This document shows, one piece after another, positions 25,361-38,248 of a DNA stretch of 64,000 bases. The notes beneath the pieces are model-generated. The model was given only the letters and a program-made list of their open reading frames with translations, made no database searches and had not been told where the DNA came from. Within the stretch, counting starts at the first letter, position 1; each line of letters opens with the position of its first letter. Origin of the DNA: Octopus vulgaris (taxonomy: Eukaryota). Made by a program: the position numbers and the translations under genes. The stretch spans positions 94,550,001 through 94,614,000 of the forward strand of contig OX597819.1 in assembly GCA_951406725.2 (NCBI GenBank), read 5' to 3'.

Positions 25361-28300
25361 ATACATGCTTCAATCTACTTCCAGGTCTGGACTGGAGAAC
25401 TTGCCTCCATAAAACAACTTAATTTCAGTCATGGAAACAAGAGACTCCTCCTCCTTGTCCACATCAAATATAACTGCAAATTGGCTTTCACAGGCTTGTT
25501 TCCTGCTGTTAGCCCCGTTTAGGGGCGAATTGTTTACATTTTATGAGGGGTGTGCCTGCGCAAAATCAAAAACAATATGTTTTGTGAGCTCTGGGAGAGC
25601 AAAGAAGACTCGGAATATTCCAGTGATTCAGGAGAGACAGTACAGGAGAGATGCACTCTTTCATGGGGCCTGTTGGTTATGACCTCTATGAGGTGGATTC
25701 ACCAACAGGTAGGTCTGGTATATTATGACCTGTCGGGACTCAGTGGTTTGTCCACTGTTTTTTACTCAGCAGGTGGATGCACTGCCAGACTTCACCCTTA
25801 TGGACACTACCATGGCGTGGTGAAAGAGCTTACGTCCATGTGGGGGCGATGCCGGATATGCTTCGTGCGATGCTGGATGAGGCCCTCACATTGGATAAAC
25901 TAAACGTGTCCTTCTTCCCCAAAGCGGTGCCAAGTAATTTGGTGGGGACCATGTGGAACATGGGTGATCCTGATTGGGAGGTGTTAGCCTCCCCGCTAGG
26001 GTGGGTAGGTGGCCGCTGGCCTGCCCCTAGTAGTCCTGTGCTGGTCAAATAGTGGCTGGCCCGGCTTGGTTTTTTGTCTTCTGATGGTAGGTCATGGGGG
26101 TTCCCACTTGGGAACTTTAGGAGTTCGGTTGGGCCCTCTTCTGATATACTTTGGGGGTACCTGAAGTGTCACTGGAAGGGTCCTTACATTATTTTGTTTG
26201 ATTGTTGGAGGGTCTGGGGGGTCTTATGTGGTTCCTTGTGGGGGCCACCGGATCCCTATTGGGCCCGAGTGACGGGGCCCGTCTTTTATGACCCCAGCCA
26301 GCGGTGTTATCGAAAAACCACTGCTGATCTGGGGTGGATGCACTGACAGGCCTTGCCTGGTGTTGATGACCCCCTTGGGACCTGGCTGGTTGTACTTAGG
26401 CTTGAGTACACCAGCAGGGAGACTCAGTGGTTTTTCCGCTGGGTTTTACACGGCAGGTGGATGCGCTACCAGGCCTCACCCTTGGGGTGGAGTCACTGAC
26501 GGGCAGAGCCATTCACGGTCTGCTGTTGGGAGTCAATTTAGTGGGCCGGAGGGTATACTAGTCGGGTGGGGTAATGGTACTGCTTGCCTTACACGGTGGG
26601 GATGGTCTTGCACCTTCTTTAAGTTCAACTTAATCGTTTCAGCCAGGGACCCATGGAAATTGCCGCACAGATATATGGAATTGAAAAATAAGCTAGGAAA
26701 CAAACAGCAGTCAGGCGCTGCCAAACTGGTGGCCTGTGGGTCCGGGACGGGGCCCGCAGGTCAGGCTGAACACACAACCCAGTTGCGTTCGGCCGTACTG
26801 CAACCTTCCCCTGCAGGGGACAATGAGTCATCTCCTCTGCAGGGTAATACTGGTGGCTCACATAACAAAGACAGGACCAGTGTCGGGCGCTCTCTTTTGC
26901 ACCCGACACTGACGTATCACAGGAAAAGACAAGACATTTTTAGTTTAGATTACGGACATTATTCAATGGTGGTTAAAGGCTTTCAGCTCCCACTGGACCT
27001 AGCACTGGACCCCATCGATGACCTCCATTCTCTTTCTTTAGAAATGAACCGAGATGGGGTTGCTAGGGACCTCCCCCATGACGTCCATTCTCTTAATTTA
27101 GAAATGGACTGAGAGGAGGTAGTGAGGGTATCAAGCCTCACTCTAGCAGAGAGCGAATTTTCACTGACAATTCCCTGCGCGTTGTGCTCCATAGCCTGTC
27201 TGCTATGTCCTCTGCGCTTCTCTTCTACCCCTCCCTAGATGGGGAGAACATTTAGAATGTAGGCATGGCATGAGGCCTGTCTACAGATGTAGCAAATGTG
27301 GTAGGGAAAGTGGACACCTCCATTCAATGAGGTGCCATGCCGGCTTGTACAATGGTGCATCTAGAGTGCCTACCCCTAGTCCTGCTCTGTTTTACTTCCA
27401 ATGCGACCACAGCAGCTGTTCATTTTTGACAGCTGTAGGCCGATCACAGTACGTACGTCATAAGCACCCTGCGGTTGCTAATGCACGCAGGATTGCTGCT
27501 CGCATAGAGCAATTGGCGAAAAGGTGTGCTGATCGGGCCGAAGATGCAGAGGCTGTTGGTCAGATGAGGAAGTAGCGGTCCTCGTCGAGAAAAAGGCAGA
27601 GCTTTCAAAGGCAGGGGTAAGGCAGATAAATGCAGCCATCACACGGTTCCTACCTGGCAAGACTGCCAAACTGGTAGGATCTAAGAGGGCTGCTCTGGCC
27701 AAAAGGGCTCGTGTGAGTCATCATGGGTCAGAGTGGTCTGCGGCCGATTACCAGCCACATATCGAGGGAGGACCCCAGTCTGACAGACTGGAATGATCGC
27801 TTACTCAATGCTGCAAGTCCCGGGCACACCCGTTGGTTCGCGGCCCTATTGGAACTCGTAGAAGACGGGACCTCGGCTGCTCAAGGCTCTTTTGAGAGTA
27901 GAGGACTGGGTGGAACACTACAAATCACGTAGGGAAGAAACCACCAGGAGAATTAGTGTTATGTCTACTAAAAATAAAGCCAATTTTCGGCGGTGGGGTA
28001 GGCGACTTGAATACGCCCGCCACCAGGACTTATTTAAGAAAGATAGGAAGAGGCTCCTTGCAGTTGTCTTAGGCAAGGATACGGAGCAGGAATGCCCAAT
28101 CCCACTCTATGCTATAGAGGACTTCTATAGAGGGAGGCTATCTGCTCCAGGCCCTGAGATCGATCTAACTGACTACCCTTCCTCCTCCCAGGTTGAGAAC
28201 GGCTCTATTTTGAGACCGTTCTCCGTGGAGGAGGTTAAAATTAGTCGTAGAAAAATGAATATCTCCTCAGTGGCGGGTCCGGATGGTCTCGCAATTAGTG

Positions 28301-28372
28301 AGATCAAATCAATGGACCCAACTATCCTTGCAAATATCTGCAACTGCATGTTGCTGGCGGGTAAGGTACCCA
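25361..28372 (+). mobile_element. R2-like element, 5' unit copy 1 (leader, GC-rich 5' region, zinc fingers, Myb), truncated at the start of RT
   Basis: C2H2/CCHC fingers (YRCSKCGRE..H...HAGL; FQCDHS....GRSQYVRHKH), Myb-like FLPGKTAK, and AGPDG. Confidence 0.88.
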
Positions 28373-31300
28373 ATACATGCTTCAATCTACTTCCAGGTCT
28401 GGACTGGAGAACTTGCCTCTATAAAACAACTTAATTTCAGCCATGGAAACAAGAGACTCCTCCTCCTTGTCCACATCAAATATAACTGCAAGTTGGCTTT
28501 TACAGGCTTGTTTCCTGCTGTTAGCCATGTTTAGGGGCTAATTATTTACATTTTGTGAGGGGGTGTGCCTGCACAAAAGGAAAAACAATATGTTTGGTGA
28601 GCTCTGAGAGAGCAAAGAAGACTCGGAATATTCCAGTGATTCAGGAGAGAGTACAGGAGAGATGTTTGGGTGGTTCCTTGTGGGGGCGGGGCCACTGGAT
28701 CCCTATTGGGCCCGAGTGAAGGGGCCTGTCTTTTATGACCCCAGCCAGCGGTGCTATCGAAAACCGCTGCTGGTCTGGGGTGGATGCACTGACAGGCCGT
28801 GCCTGGCGTTGATTACCCCCTTGGGACCTGGCTGGTTGTGCTCAGGCTTGAGTACACCAGCAGGAAGGTCTGGTATACTACGACCTGTCAGGACTCAGTG
28901 GTTTTTCCGCTGGGTTTTACTCAGCAGGTGGATGCACCCTTGGGGTGGAGTCACTGACGGGCGGAGCCACTTGCGGTCTGCTGTTGGGAGGCGATTTAGT
29001 GGGCCGGAGGGTACTCTAGTCGGTTGGAGTAGTGGTTTTGCTTGCCTTACTCGGTGGAGGTGGTGTTGCGCCTTCTTTAAGTTCAACTTAATCGTTTCAG
29101 CCATGGACCCATGGAAATTGCCACTCAGATATATGGATATGAAGAATAAGTTTAAAAAACAAACGGCAGCCAGTCGCCGCCAAACTGGTGGACTGTGGGT
29201 CTGGGACGGGGCCCGCAGGTCAGGCTGAACGCACTGCCCAGATGCATTTGGCCGTACTGTGACCTTCCCATGCAGGGGACAATGAGCCATCTCCTCTGCA
29301 AGGTAGTACTGGTGGCTCACCCAACAATGACTGGACCGGTGTCAGGCGCTCTCTTTTGCGCCCGACACTGACGTATTACAGAAATAGACAGGGCACTTTT
29401 AGTTTAAACTACGGGCATTATTCCCTGGTGGTTAAAGGCTTTCAGCTCCCGTTAGACCTAGCACTGGACCCCATCGATGACGTCCATTCTCATTCTTTAG
29501 AAATGGACCGAGATGGGGTTGCTAGGGACCTCCCCCATGACGTCCATTCTCTTAATTTAGAAATGGACCGAGAGGAGGTAGTGAGGGTATCAAGCCTCAC
29601 TCCAGTAGGGAGCGAATTTTCGCTGACAATTCCCTGCGCGTTGTGCTCCATAGCCTGTCCGCTATGTCCTCTGCGCTTCTCTTCTCCCCCAAGATGGGGA
29701 GAACATTTAGAATGTAGACATGGCATGAGGCCTGTCTACAGATGTAGCAAATGTGGTAGGGAAAGTTGACACCTGCATTCAATGAGGTGCCACGCCGGCT
29801 TGTGCGATGGTGCATCTAGAGCACCTACCCCTAGTCCTGCTCTGTTTTCCTTCCAATGCGACCGTTCTTTTCTGACGGCTGTAGGCCGATCACAGCACGT
29901 ACGCTATAAGCATCCTGCGGTTGCTTATGCATGCAGGATTGCTGCTCACATAGAGCAAGTGGCGAAAAAGCATGCCGATCGGGCAGCTGCTGCTGAGGCA
30001 TCGGGTCGAAGACGCAGAGGCTGTTGGTCAGACGAAGAAGTAGTGGTCCTCGTTGAGAAGGAGGCAGAGCTTTTGAAGGCAGGGGTAAGGCAGATAAATG
30101 CAGCCATCGCACAGTTCCTACCTGGCAAGACTGCCAAACAGGTAGGATCTAAGAGGGCTGCTCTGGCCAAAAAGACTTGTGTGAGTCACCAAGGGTCAGA
30201 GCGGTCTGCGGTCGATTCCCAGCCACATATCGAGGGAGGACCCCAGTCTAACTTAGACTGGAAGGATCGCTTCCTCAATACTGCATGTCTCGGGCACACC
30301 CGTTGGTCCGCAGTCTTCTCCAAGGCCCTATTGAAACTCATAGAAAACGGGACCTCGGCTGCCTGGGGCTCTTTTGAGAGTAGAGTAGAGGACTGGGTGG
30401 AGCACTACAAATCACGTAGGGAAGAAACCACCAGGAGAATTAGTGTTAGGTCTACTAAAAATAAAGCCAATTTTCGGCGGCGGGGTAGACGACTTGCATA
30501 CGCTCACCACCAGGACTTATTTAAAAAAGATAGGAGAGGCTCGTTGCAGTTGTCTTAGGCGAGGATACGGAACAGGAATGCCCAATCCCACTCTACACTA
30601 TAGAGGACTTCTATAGAGGGAGGCTATCTGCTCCAGGCCCTGAGGTCGATCTAACTGACTACCCTTCCTCCTCCCAGGTTGAGAACAGCTCTATTTTGAG
30701 ACCGTTCTCCATTGAGGAGGTTAAAATTAGTCGTAGAAAAATGAAGATCTCCTCAGCGGCGGGTCTGGATGGTCTCACAATTAGTGAGATTAAATCAATG
30801 GACCCAGCTATCCAGCCGTCCTCTTCGCTCCTTGTTGACGTAAATTATCCTACAACGACACGTGGAAAGTGTATTTTATCATTCAAAGTTATATTTCGAA
30901 CACAGTATTGCCATGAAAACCATAAAAAAAAAATTGGGCATTATTACCCAATTATCAACAGTCACTTGAATCGAACCCCCATCTCTGAGAAACGGAATTG
31001 TAGTTTGGCTTAACAATAAAGTGCTCAACCAGTCTCTGAGAGATGAGAATTTGAGATCCGTGGCTGTTTGTTGACCACTTTTTTCCGTCTTGCAAGGAAA
31101 ATGTATACCGGTAATGAACGAAAATATCAGTGAGAAATTTGAAATTGTTTCGAGTCATCAAGAAGCTTTTCAATGTCTGCCAGAATATTTGTTAAGGCCA
31201 GTCGGATTTCATCTTCAAGATGAGCATCACTCAAATACTTTCTTTTGTTCGATTTTACCAGTTGCATGCGACTGAAGAGGTATTCACATATCCATGTCGA

Positions 31301-34300
31301 ACTGAACAAAACGAGAAAACTTTTTGAGTAGCAAGTAAGATTTGGATATTGAGTGTGCAGCAGACCGTATTTGTAGAAGTCGATCAGATTCCTATTTAAA
31401 AACTGACTCTTGACATCAAAGTCACTTTGTAATTCATTCATTCATTTCCAACGTCTGTCTGTCTGATCCACGTCATAAGGCATTGAAAAAATTTTCAGCT
31501 GGTCTTCACAAGCACGGAAATCCTTAAATCTCCTGGCAAATTCTTCCTGCATCCGTTTTAACTAGCTCACAAAGAATTCCTGGTTTATGGCTGAAATGTT
31601 CCTGAAGGCAAGGAAAGTGAGCATAATTGCTGTCAGCAATTTGAGTAATCCACAAATCCAGTTTCTTTTGGTAAGCTGTCACCTCCCCAAACAAATTATA
31701 CATGAGTTTGTTTCTTTTCCTTGTAACCACACATCCAACTCATTCAGCTTGTCTGTAATGTCCACCAGAATGGAAAAATTATTCATCCATTTGTCGTCAT
31801 CAAATTTGATGCATAAATTCCTTTTGCTTCAAGAAATGCTGCCACATGTTCTTGAATATCGTAAAAGCGTTTCAAAGTACGTCCACGGCTGAGCCACCTG
31901 ATCCCGGTAAAGTAAGGAATGCCAGAAAATTCGGCGTTTATCTCATCGAGAAAATTTCGAAACTGTCGATGATTTAACGCGCAACTCTGAATGAAGTTGA
32001 CAGCTTTCATGACATTATCCATGACTTGATCAAACTTAATGATTTTGGAGCAAAGTGATTCCTGATGTATAATGCAATGGTACCACAATATTTGGTCTTT
32101 ACTCACTTTCAGGGATTCCAGTTTTCTCTGGATGAAACCACGCAAGCCTTGTTCCTTGCCGATTATGGCCGGTGCACCATCGGTAGCAATTCCCACCAGG
32201 CGATCATAAGTCAGTCCCGCCTTTTCGAGTGCAATATCGATTTATTTGAAAACAGCAGCACCTGTGCAATTTTCTTTCATGGGGCATGGAGAAAGTAATT
32301 CTTCAGTGATATTAAAACTTGAATCAACACCTCTCACGAAAATCGCCAGTTGTGGTGTATCAGTCATGTGAGTAGATTCGTCGATGGCAATGCTGTAAGT
32401 TTCGAAGTTTTTACAAAGTTTGTTCAACTGCATTTTCGGCTAGTTCTTCAATCCTTTGGATTATTGTATTACGAGACAAGCTAACACATGTTGCTGGCAG
32501 GTAAGGTACCCGATATCCTGAAGCGGGGTAGATCTGTCCTCGTATCAAAAAGGGCAGATGACCCCTACGATTTTGCAAATTGGCGACCAATTACGATATG
32601 TTCTGCAGCATATCATTTATTTTCGAAAATGGTCACCAAGCGCATGCTTCAGGTAACTCCCCTTAACTCAAGCCAAAGAGGCTTTATCCGTGCTGACGGC
32701 TGCAGTGAGAATTCATTTCTCCTTCAGCAGCTCGTCAGTCACGCGATGGGGAGGCCAGCACGACTGAGAATACCGCGGCTGGAGGTTCCTTTCTTGGATC
32801 TCTCCAAGGCCTTCGATACAGTCTCGCACTTGTTAGTGTATGCGGGACTGCGGAGACTTGGGTTCAACAAACACGTTATAGCACTCGTGGAGGGGATCTA
32901 CAAAGGCAGTACTACCAGATTCTCAGTCGGTGGGCAACTTAGTGAACCCATAGAGATTCGTCGGGGTGTTAGACAGGGGGACGCGCTCTCGCCAGTCCAC
33001 TTCAACATGGTAACTGACCCGCTGCTAGATGTGTTATCCGGCTGTGGGGATTTGCAAGTTGAGGGGATCTGGATGGATGGAATTGCATACGCCGACGACA
33101 TGGCCCTAGTTGCGAAATCGCACGATGGTCTCCAAGCTCTTATAGACAGATGCCTGGAGTTCTATCGCGCAGTTGGACTGGGGCTTAATGTCAGAAAGTG
33201 TGCATGGTTCTCCATCCGCGGCTGGGGCAAGTCCTACCTCCTCAATGAGAACACCCCACCGAATAACGATGGTGTCACTATTAAAAAGGTAGAACCGGGG
33301 GAGAGAGTATATTATCTAGGTGTAAACATCTCCACGTGGAGTTCGATCTCAAGTCGGAAGTTTGGTTTAGATTCAGGGGAGCAGGTGTCCCTGGACATAA
33401 ATAAAATGTGCAGGGCTCCGCTGAAACCCCGACAAAAATTCCTCTTGCTCCAGCAATATTACTTGCCTAGGCTTTTTTATAGTCTAGTGCAGGTACTGCC
33501 GCCAAGAGGAATACTTGAGAAGCTTGACACGGCCATCCGTGTAGGGGCTAGAAGAATGCTGCATCTCCCCGAGTCTACGTCCTCTTCCTTCCTATATAGC
33601 AGCCGGCAGGACAGAGGGTTAAGTCTTCACCAGATGGTGAGACTGATACCAAAATCCGTCGTCCGCTGAAACCTTCGCCTGCTGACGTCAGAGTATGTCT
33701 GTGAGAAAGGTTGCTGATTCTGCAGGATTAGCCGAACAGAACCAGCAACTGATAGTATCTTACAATTTGCCTTTGCTACCTGCGGACGCGGCTGAATACG
33801 ACCCTGACATCCGGCTGGTGCACTCCCATAGATGGGCGGCCCAGCCGGTGCAGGGGGTGTGTGCGGTGGCATACCATGGGGATGCAATAGGCAATAGTTG
33901 GATAAGTAGGCCGGGTAGGATTACGGAGGGGTGCTTCTTGAGTTTGCTCAAGATGCACTCTAACGTATTTCCTACCCGTGAAACTCTGACACGTGGTCTC
34001 CGTGGTGATTCCACGTGTCCAAGATGTAGATTAGGAGCAGAGACTATCTCTCACGTCAGCGGAGTATGTGGTGCTCTTAAAGGGCCACGACTCGCCAGGC
34101 ATAATAAAATATGTGGCCTGGTGGTGAAGGAAGCTGTAGACCATGGTTGGAGCGTCAGTGTGGCGCCGTCTTATATCATAAGCGGCTCTAGGCTGATACC
34201 TGACCTGGTCTTTAGCCGTCCAGAAAGGGTAGTGGTCGTCGACGTGACCGTCAGATTGGAGCAAGGGGACGCCTTGAAAGAGGCTGCCCTCGAGAAAGTG

Positions 34301-34564
34301 CGCAAATACTGACCGCTCGTGTAATTGCTTTTGCAGGAGTTCAACCGGCCGGTAGAGGTGCATAGACTCCCAATCGGTGCCTGTGGTGCCTGGTGCCGAC
34401 CTGCAAGTCAGGCACTGGACGCCCTAGGCATAAAAGACAGGTCATTTCAACGACTTCCGAGCCGGACGGCTCTTATTTGTACGTATAATATGCTGAAGGA
34501 CTAGCCCTCAGTATAGGGTCCTGAACCCAGTACATTGACTGTAGGATTAAATAAAAAATAAAAA
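28373..34564 (+). mobile_element. R2-like (restriction-like endonuclease) non-LTR retrotransposon, near complete but mutated and interrupted by hAT
   Basis: Three zinc fingers, Myb (WSDEEV...FLPGKTAKQV), RT (WRPITI, QRGF, LDLSKAFDTV, GVRQGDALSP, YADD), CPRC...HVSGVC, RHNKI, PDLVF and VVDVTV. A-rich tail at 34549-34564. Confidence 0.93.
30813..32486 (-). mobile_element. hAT (SPIN/Charlie/GTF2IRD2-like) transposase remnant, 3' part only
   Basis: Motifs YSIAIDEST, ATDGAPA, HCIIHQESLC, IRWLSRG and FSSTWICEYLFSRM (hAT dimerisation domain), with frameshifts. Confidence 0.92.
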
Positions 34565-34639
34565 GACAAGTGTCCCTACCGACTCCAACATATAATACCC
34601 CCTCAATGAAGTCTTCAACCTAATCTTTTTTTTTTTTTT

Positions 34640-36536
34640 CTGAAGACCGAGCAGTTGGTTTGTTGGAGACCCTGCAGTATTTTTTTTTAAAATTTATTTT
34701 ATTTTATAAATTTTCTGCGAGGGGTAGCAAGGCTTTAAGGCCTTATTTTGGTGGGGACGGGACCTGAATAAGAAAAGAAAAATTAAAAAGAACACCGGAC
34801 TAGACAATTTAGAAACCCGTTCAATAAGATGTTTTTAGATATTTTTTACCTTTTTTAAAACTATCATATTAATATTTTAAGGGACAGTGGGTTCGTGCTG
34901 GCTATGACTAAAATGCCTGTGTCCTGTGCGCGTCACGATGGACGAGGCATTAAGTGGGACCGGCCACTCTAAAAAAGGGGAAGAGACTATGAACGTCTAT
35001 TAGAAAATGGTTATCCATCAAGCCAGAGTCCATGAAGAAATTCCAAACCCTAATGGTGTTATACAGGATGCTATCTCTGAAGACCAAAAAGACAGAGGTA
35101 GCATCCATAGAAGAAATAGTAAAGGCATTGAAGCCTATTATGTATAAAATTAACTTTTGTAAAATGTGGAAAGAAATATGGTACAGTGGAGGCTCAGTCA
35201 ATAATTGAGAGTGATGCATGGGTCGACTTTGCAATATTGTTGCAGATCAATGAACAAGCTCTTTTGTGGACACACCTCGGTAAAAGAACAAAAATATTTA
35301 TAAAAGGGTTCGCACCGGAAATCAAACTGACATTGCTCTTGGAAGCCACCTTCGCTAATATAAAACAGGTGATATTTATGGAGATGCAGGAGAGAAGTGT
35401 CCTGAACTGGTGTGGCAGGGCCATAAGAGCAACAATTCAAGCCACACCAGCAGACATTGACAATATACCAGAATTCATCATTCTTTTGGATGATACGAAG
35501 CTGAAGGTAGCCGTACAGGGCAGAATTCTAAAGTGCTTCGGGTGCGGACAGAAAGGGCACATAAGAAAAACGTACACCCAGGTCCTACAATCTGAAGCAC
35601 AGGGAGAAAGGCAGGAGGCCAGTGTGCAGCAGGAGAGAGTGGAAGAGGAGGAACAAGGAGAAGCAAGAGGAGGTGATGGTCTCATCAAAGGAAGACACAC
35701 TGTCAACTTCAATGTCTACAAAGGATGAGGTGATGGTGGAGAGAGAGATGGTCACGACAAGGGAGGACAGTTAACATCAACATCTACAGAGGTGACAGTG
35801 AATGGAATGTTGCTGGGAGGAAAAGAAAAGAAAAAAAAAACAGAAACACTGATTCTCTCCCTCCCACAAACCCAAAAAATTTTTAAACATGAACATTCAA
35901 ACAAGAACACACAAGATCACAAAACATCAGAGACAACAGAAAATACTGAGAAAAGATAAAAACTGTAGCAACACCAAGCAAAGTAAAAAAGAGAATTTTT
36001 GAAAATTTATGTACTTTGTAAAAATGTTCAATGATGTTTACCTGGGTCATGGGGCCCAGGTAACCATCATTTTATCTTTTTCATTATATGATCACTCGTT
36101 TTTTTATTCGATCTTTTACCCCCACTTTGTAATGTCCTGTACTGTTTGCAGAGGTAAGTGGCAGTGAATGGAAGGTTGCTTGGAGGAAGAGAAAGAAGAA
36201 AAATGCTCATTCTCTTTCTCACAAACAAAGTTTAAAGACAAGAATATACAAACATGAACACACAAGAACAAATAACACCAGAGATAGATGAAAACACTCA
36301 AAAAACAAAAGATAAAAAACTGTAGTGACTTCACAAACAACACCAAGCAAAGTAAAAAAGAAAATCTTGAAAATTATGTAAATTAAAAATGTCCAGTGAT
36401 GTTACCTAGGACGTGGGGCCCAGGTAACCATTATTTCATCTTTATATAATCATTTTTCATTCAATTTTTACCCCACTTTGTAATGTCCTGTATTGTCCCC
36501 TCTTTGTCTAGTCCCTTTTTTAACAATAAAGAATCA
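34640..36536 (+). mobile_element. ORF1-only L1/Tx1-related element (HAL1-like) with a duplicated 3' region
   Basis: ORF1 remnant with YGTVEAQ, HLGKRTKIFIKGFAPEI and CFGCGQKGHI. It is followed directly by a 3' UTR ending in the family terminus TGTCCCCTCTTTGT...AATAAAGAATCAA. No ORF2 sequence is visible. Confidence 0.7.
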
Positions 36537-36869
36537 ACAGTTGATTCCATTGCTATCAGATCATGGTTGATGTTGTTACCCCTTCTCATATGTTCTGCTG
36601 TTGATTGTGCTTCTGCTACGGCAAGATAAAAATTAGCAGTTTACGGCTATTTGATCTTTGTTCCTATACCAGAGCTTATGAAATTAGCAAATTACAAAAC
36701 TTTACAATTCCAACTGTCCCATGTACTTCAGAGCTGGAATTTAACAACAAAAAACTCAGCTGCAAAATATGAATACTGCAACAATCTCACAAAAAAATTA
36801 TGTTCAACATTATAAAGAAAGGTATAAGAATGGTGCATTTGCAACATTTTTGAAGACATGTCCCATGAG

Positions 36870-37643
36870 TGAGTTGAAGATATTCTGTACAACGAACTCA
36901 GCATGATGAAGGTTTTTGCTCAGTGGGTGCTACATCTTCTGACACCTGATTGAAAGTGCACCAGGCTGTTCACATCACAGGAAAATCTGACAGTTTAAGG
37001 CAGACCCAACTGGTTTCTTTAAGCATATCCTAACCCAGGATGAATGTTGCTTCATCACTTTGAACCAGAGACAAAGTGACTATCCATGCAGTGGATACAC
37101 CCCTCCTTACATGCTCCAAAGAAGGCCAAAGTTGTTTCATTTTCAGGGATGTCCCCAGTTTTTTTGAGATGCAAAAGGCATTGTGTTTATTGACTATATT
37201 CAATAGGGCCAACTTATTGGGGCAGTTACAAAAGGCTATCAAGACCAAATACCCAGAAAAACCGATGAAAGCCATCTTGTTTCATCAGGATAATGCTCTA
37301 ACACACAAATCCTTGCTTTCAATGGCTGCTGTATGTGACCGTAGCTTTGAACTGGTTGATCTGTCTCCTTATTCTCCTGATTTGGCCTCGTCTGATTATC
37401 ATGTTTCCCAACATAAAAAAACACTTGGCTGGAAACCAGTATCAATCATGATCATGTCATATCTGCAGTTGATGGCTTTTTTGACTAACAGGATGAATGC
37501 TTCTTCACTAATAGGATCCAAGCACTACAACATCAATGGAAGAAGTGTGTGGATCACAAAGGGAAATATGTTGAGACAAACCTAATTTGATCACATTCCA
37601 TGAGTATCTTGGTCAACCTATGAACTTTTCAATTGACCCTCAT
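36870..37643 (+). mobile_element. Decayed mariner (3' part)
   Basis: Motifs WVLHLLT, LFHQDNA and PYSPDLASSDY. The right end is ...AACTTTTCAATTGACCCTCA|TA. Confidence 0.85.
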
Positions 37644-37662
37644 AAACATGTTATGTAACAAT

Positions 37663-37991
37663 AAAGGGTAAAGACCCCCTTCGGTCATGAATGACCATGG
37701 GATTGCACCTAGAAAGTTACCCTCCTAGACACAAGTCCGTTTATGGAAGACCAGCAGTCGCCCATGCATACCAGCCTCCCCTCTCCACGCCACTAGTGTT
37801 ATCCAAGGGAAAGACAAAGGTCGATACAGCTTGGAACCAGTGACGTCGCAACTCATTTCTACAGCTGAGTGAACTGGAGCAACGTGAAATAAAGTGCCTT
37901 GCTCAAGAACACAACACGCAGCCCGGTCCGGGATTCGAGCTCACAACCTCACGATCGTAAGCTCGACGCTCTAACCACTGAGCCATGCGCC
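37663..37991 (-). mobile_element. tRNA-derived SINE, CpG-rich and probably young
   Basis: Head GGCGCATGGCTCAGTGGTTAGAGCG...GCTCGAATCCC. TSD ttatgtaa(c/t)aat at 37651-37662 and 37992-38003. Confidence 0.9.
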
Positions 37992-38248
37992 TTATGTAAT
38001 AATGACAAGGTTAATCTACTAGACTCTAGAAACTACAAGCAAAATATTTGGCAACAGACTGGATGATCTGGACAAATTCAGAATAAGATGATGGTAAGAA
38101 GCACAGGACTGGTGCAAATGACAACTGGGGAAAGGACTATAACCAACAAAGAACAAGGGATAATATTTCACACTTTTCTCTCTTTAGCCCTCTTCACCAA
38201 TTCAAAATGGAAGTTCCAACTTTATATCAAACTTTCTTTGTTCAACTA

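Noticed and set aside
25976-26000. HDV-like ribozyme at the R2 5' end (AGCCTCCCCGCT resembles the HDV P3/L3 region)
   Set aside because: No convincing P1 or P2 partners were found by eye, and the segment is absent from the second unit.
26288-27112. 274-aa ORF as a host gene
   Set aside because: It lies in the GC-rich 5' region and start of the R2-like element, and the frame is not preserved in the second unit.
37900-37991. tRNA genes (also ~3010-3082 and ~8780-8850)
   Set aside because: The A/B boxes are heads of SINEs with non-tRNA bodies and TSDs; there is no complete cloverleaf.
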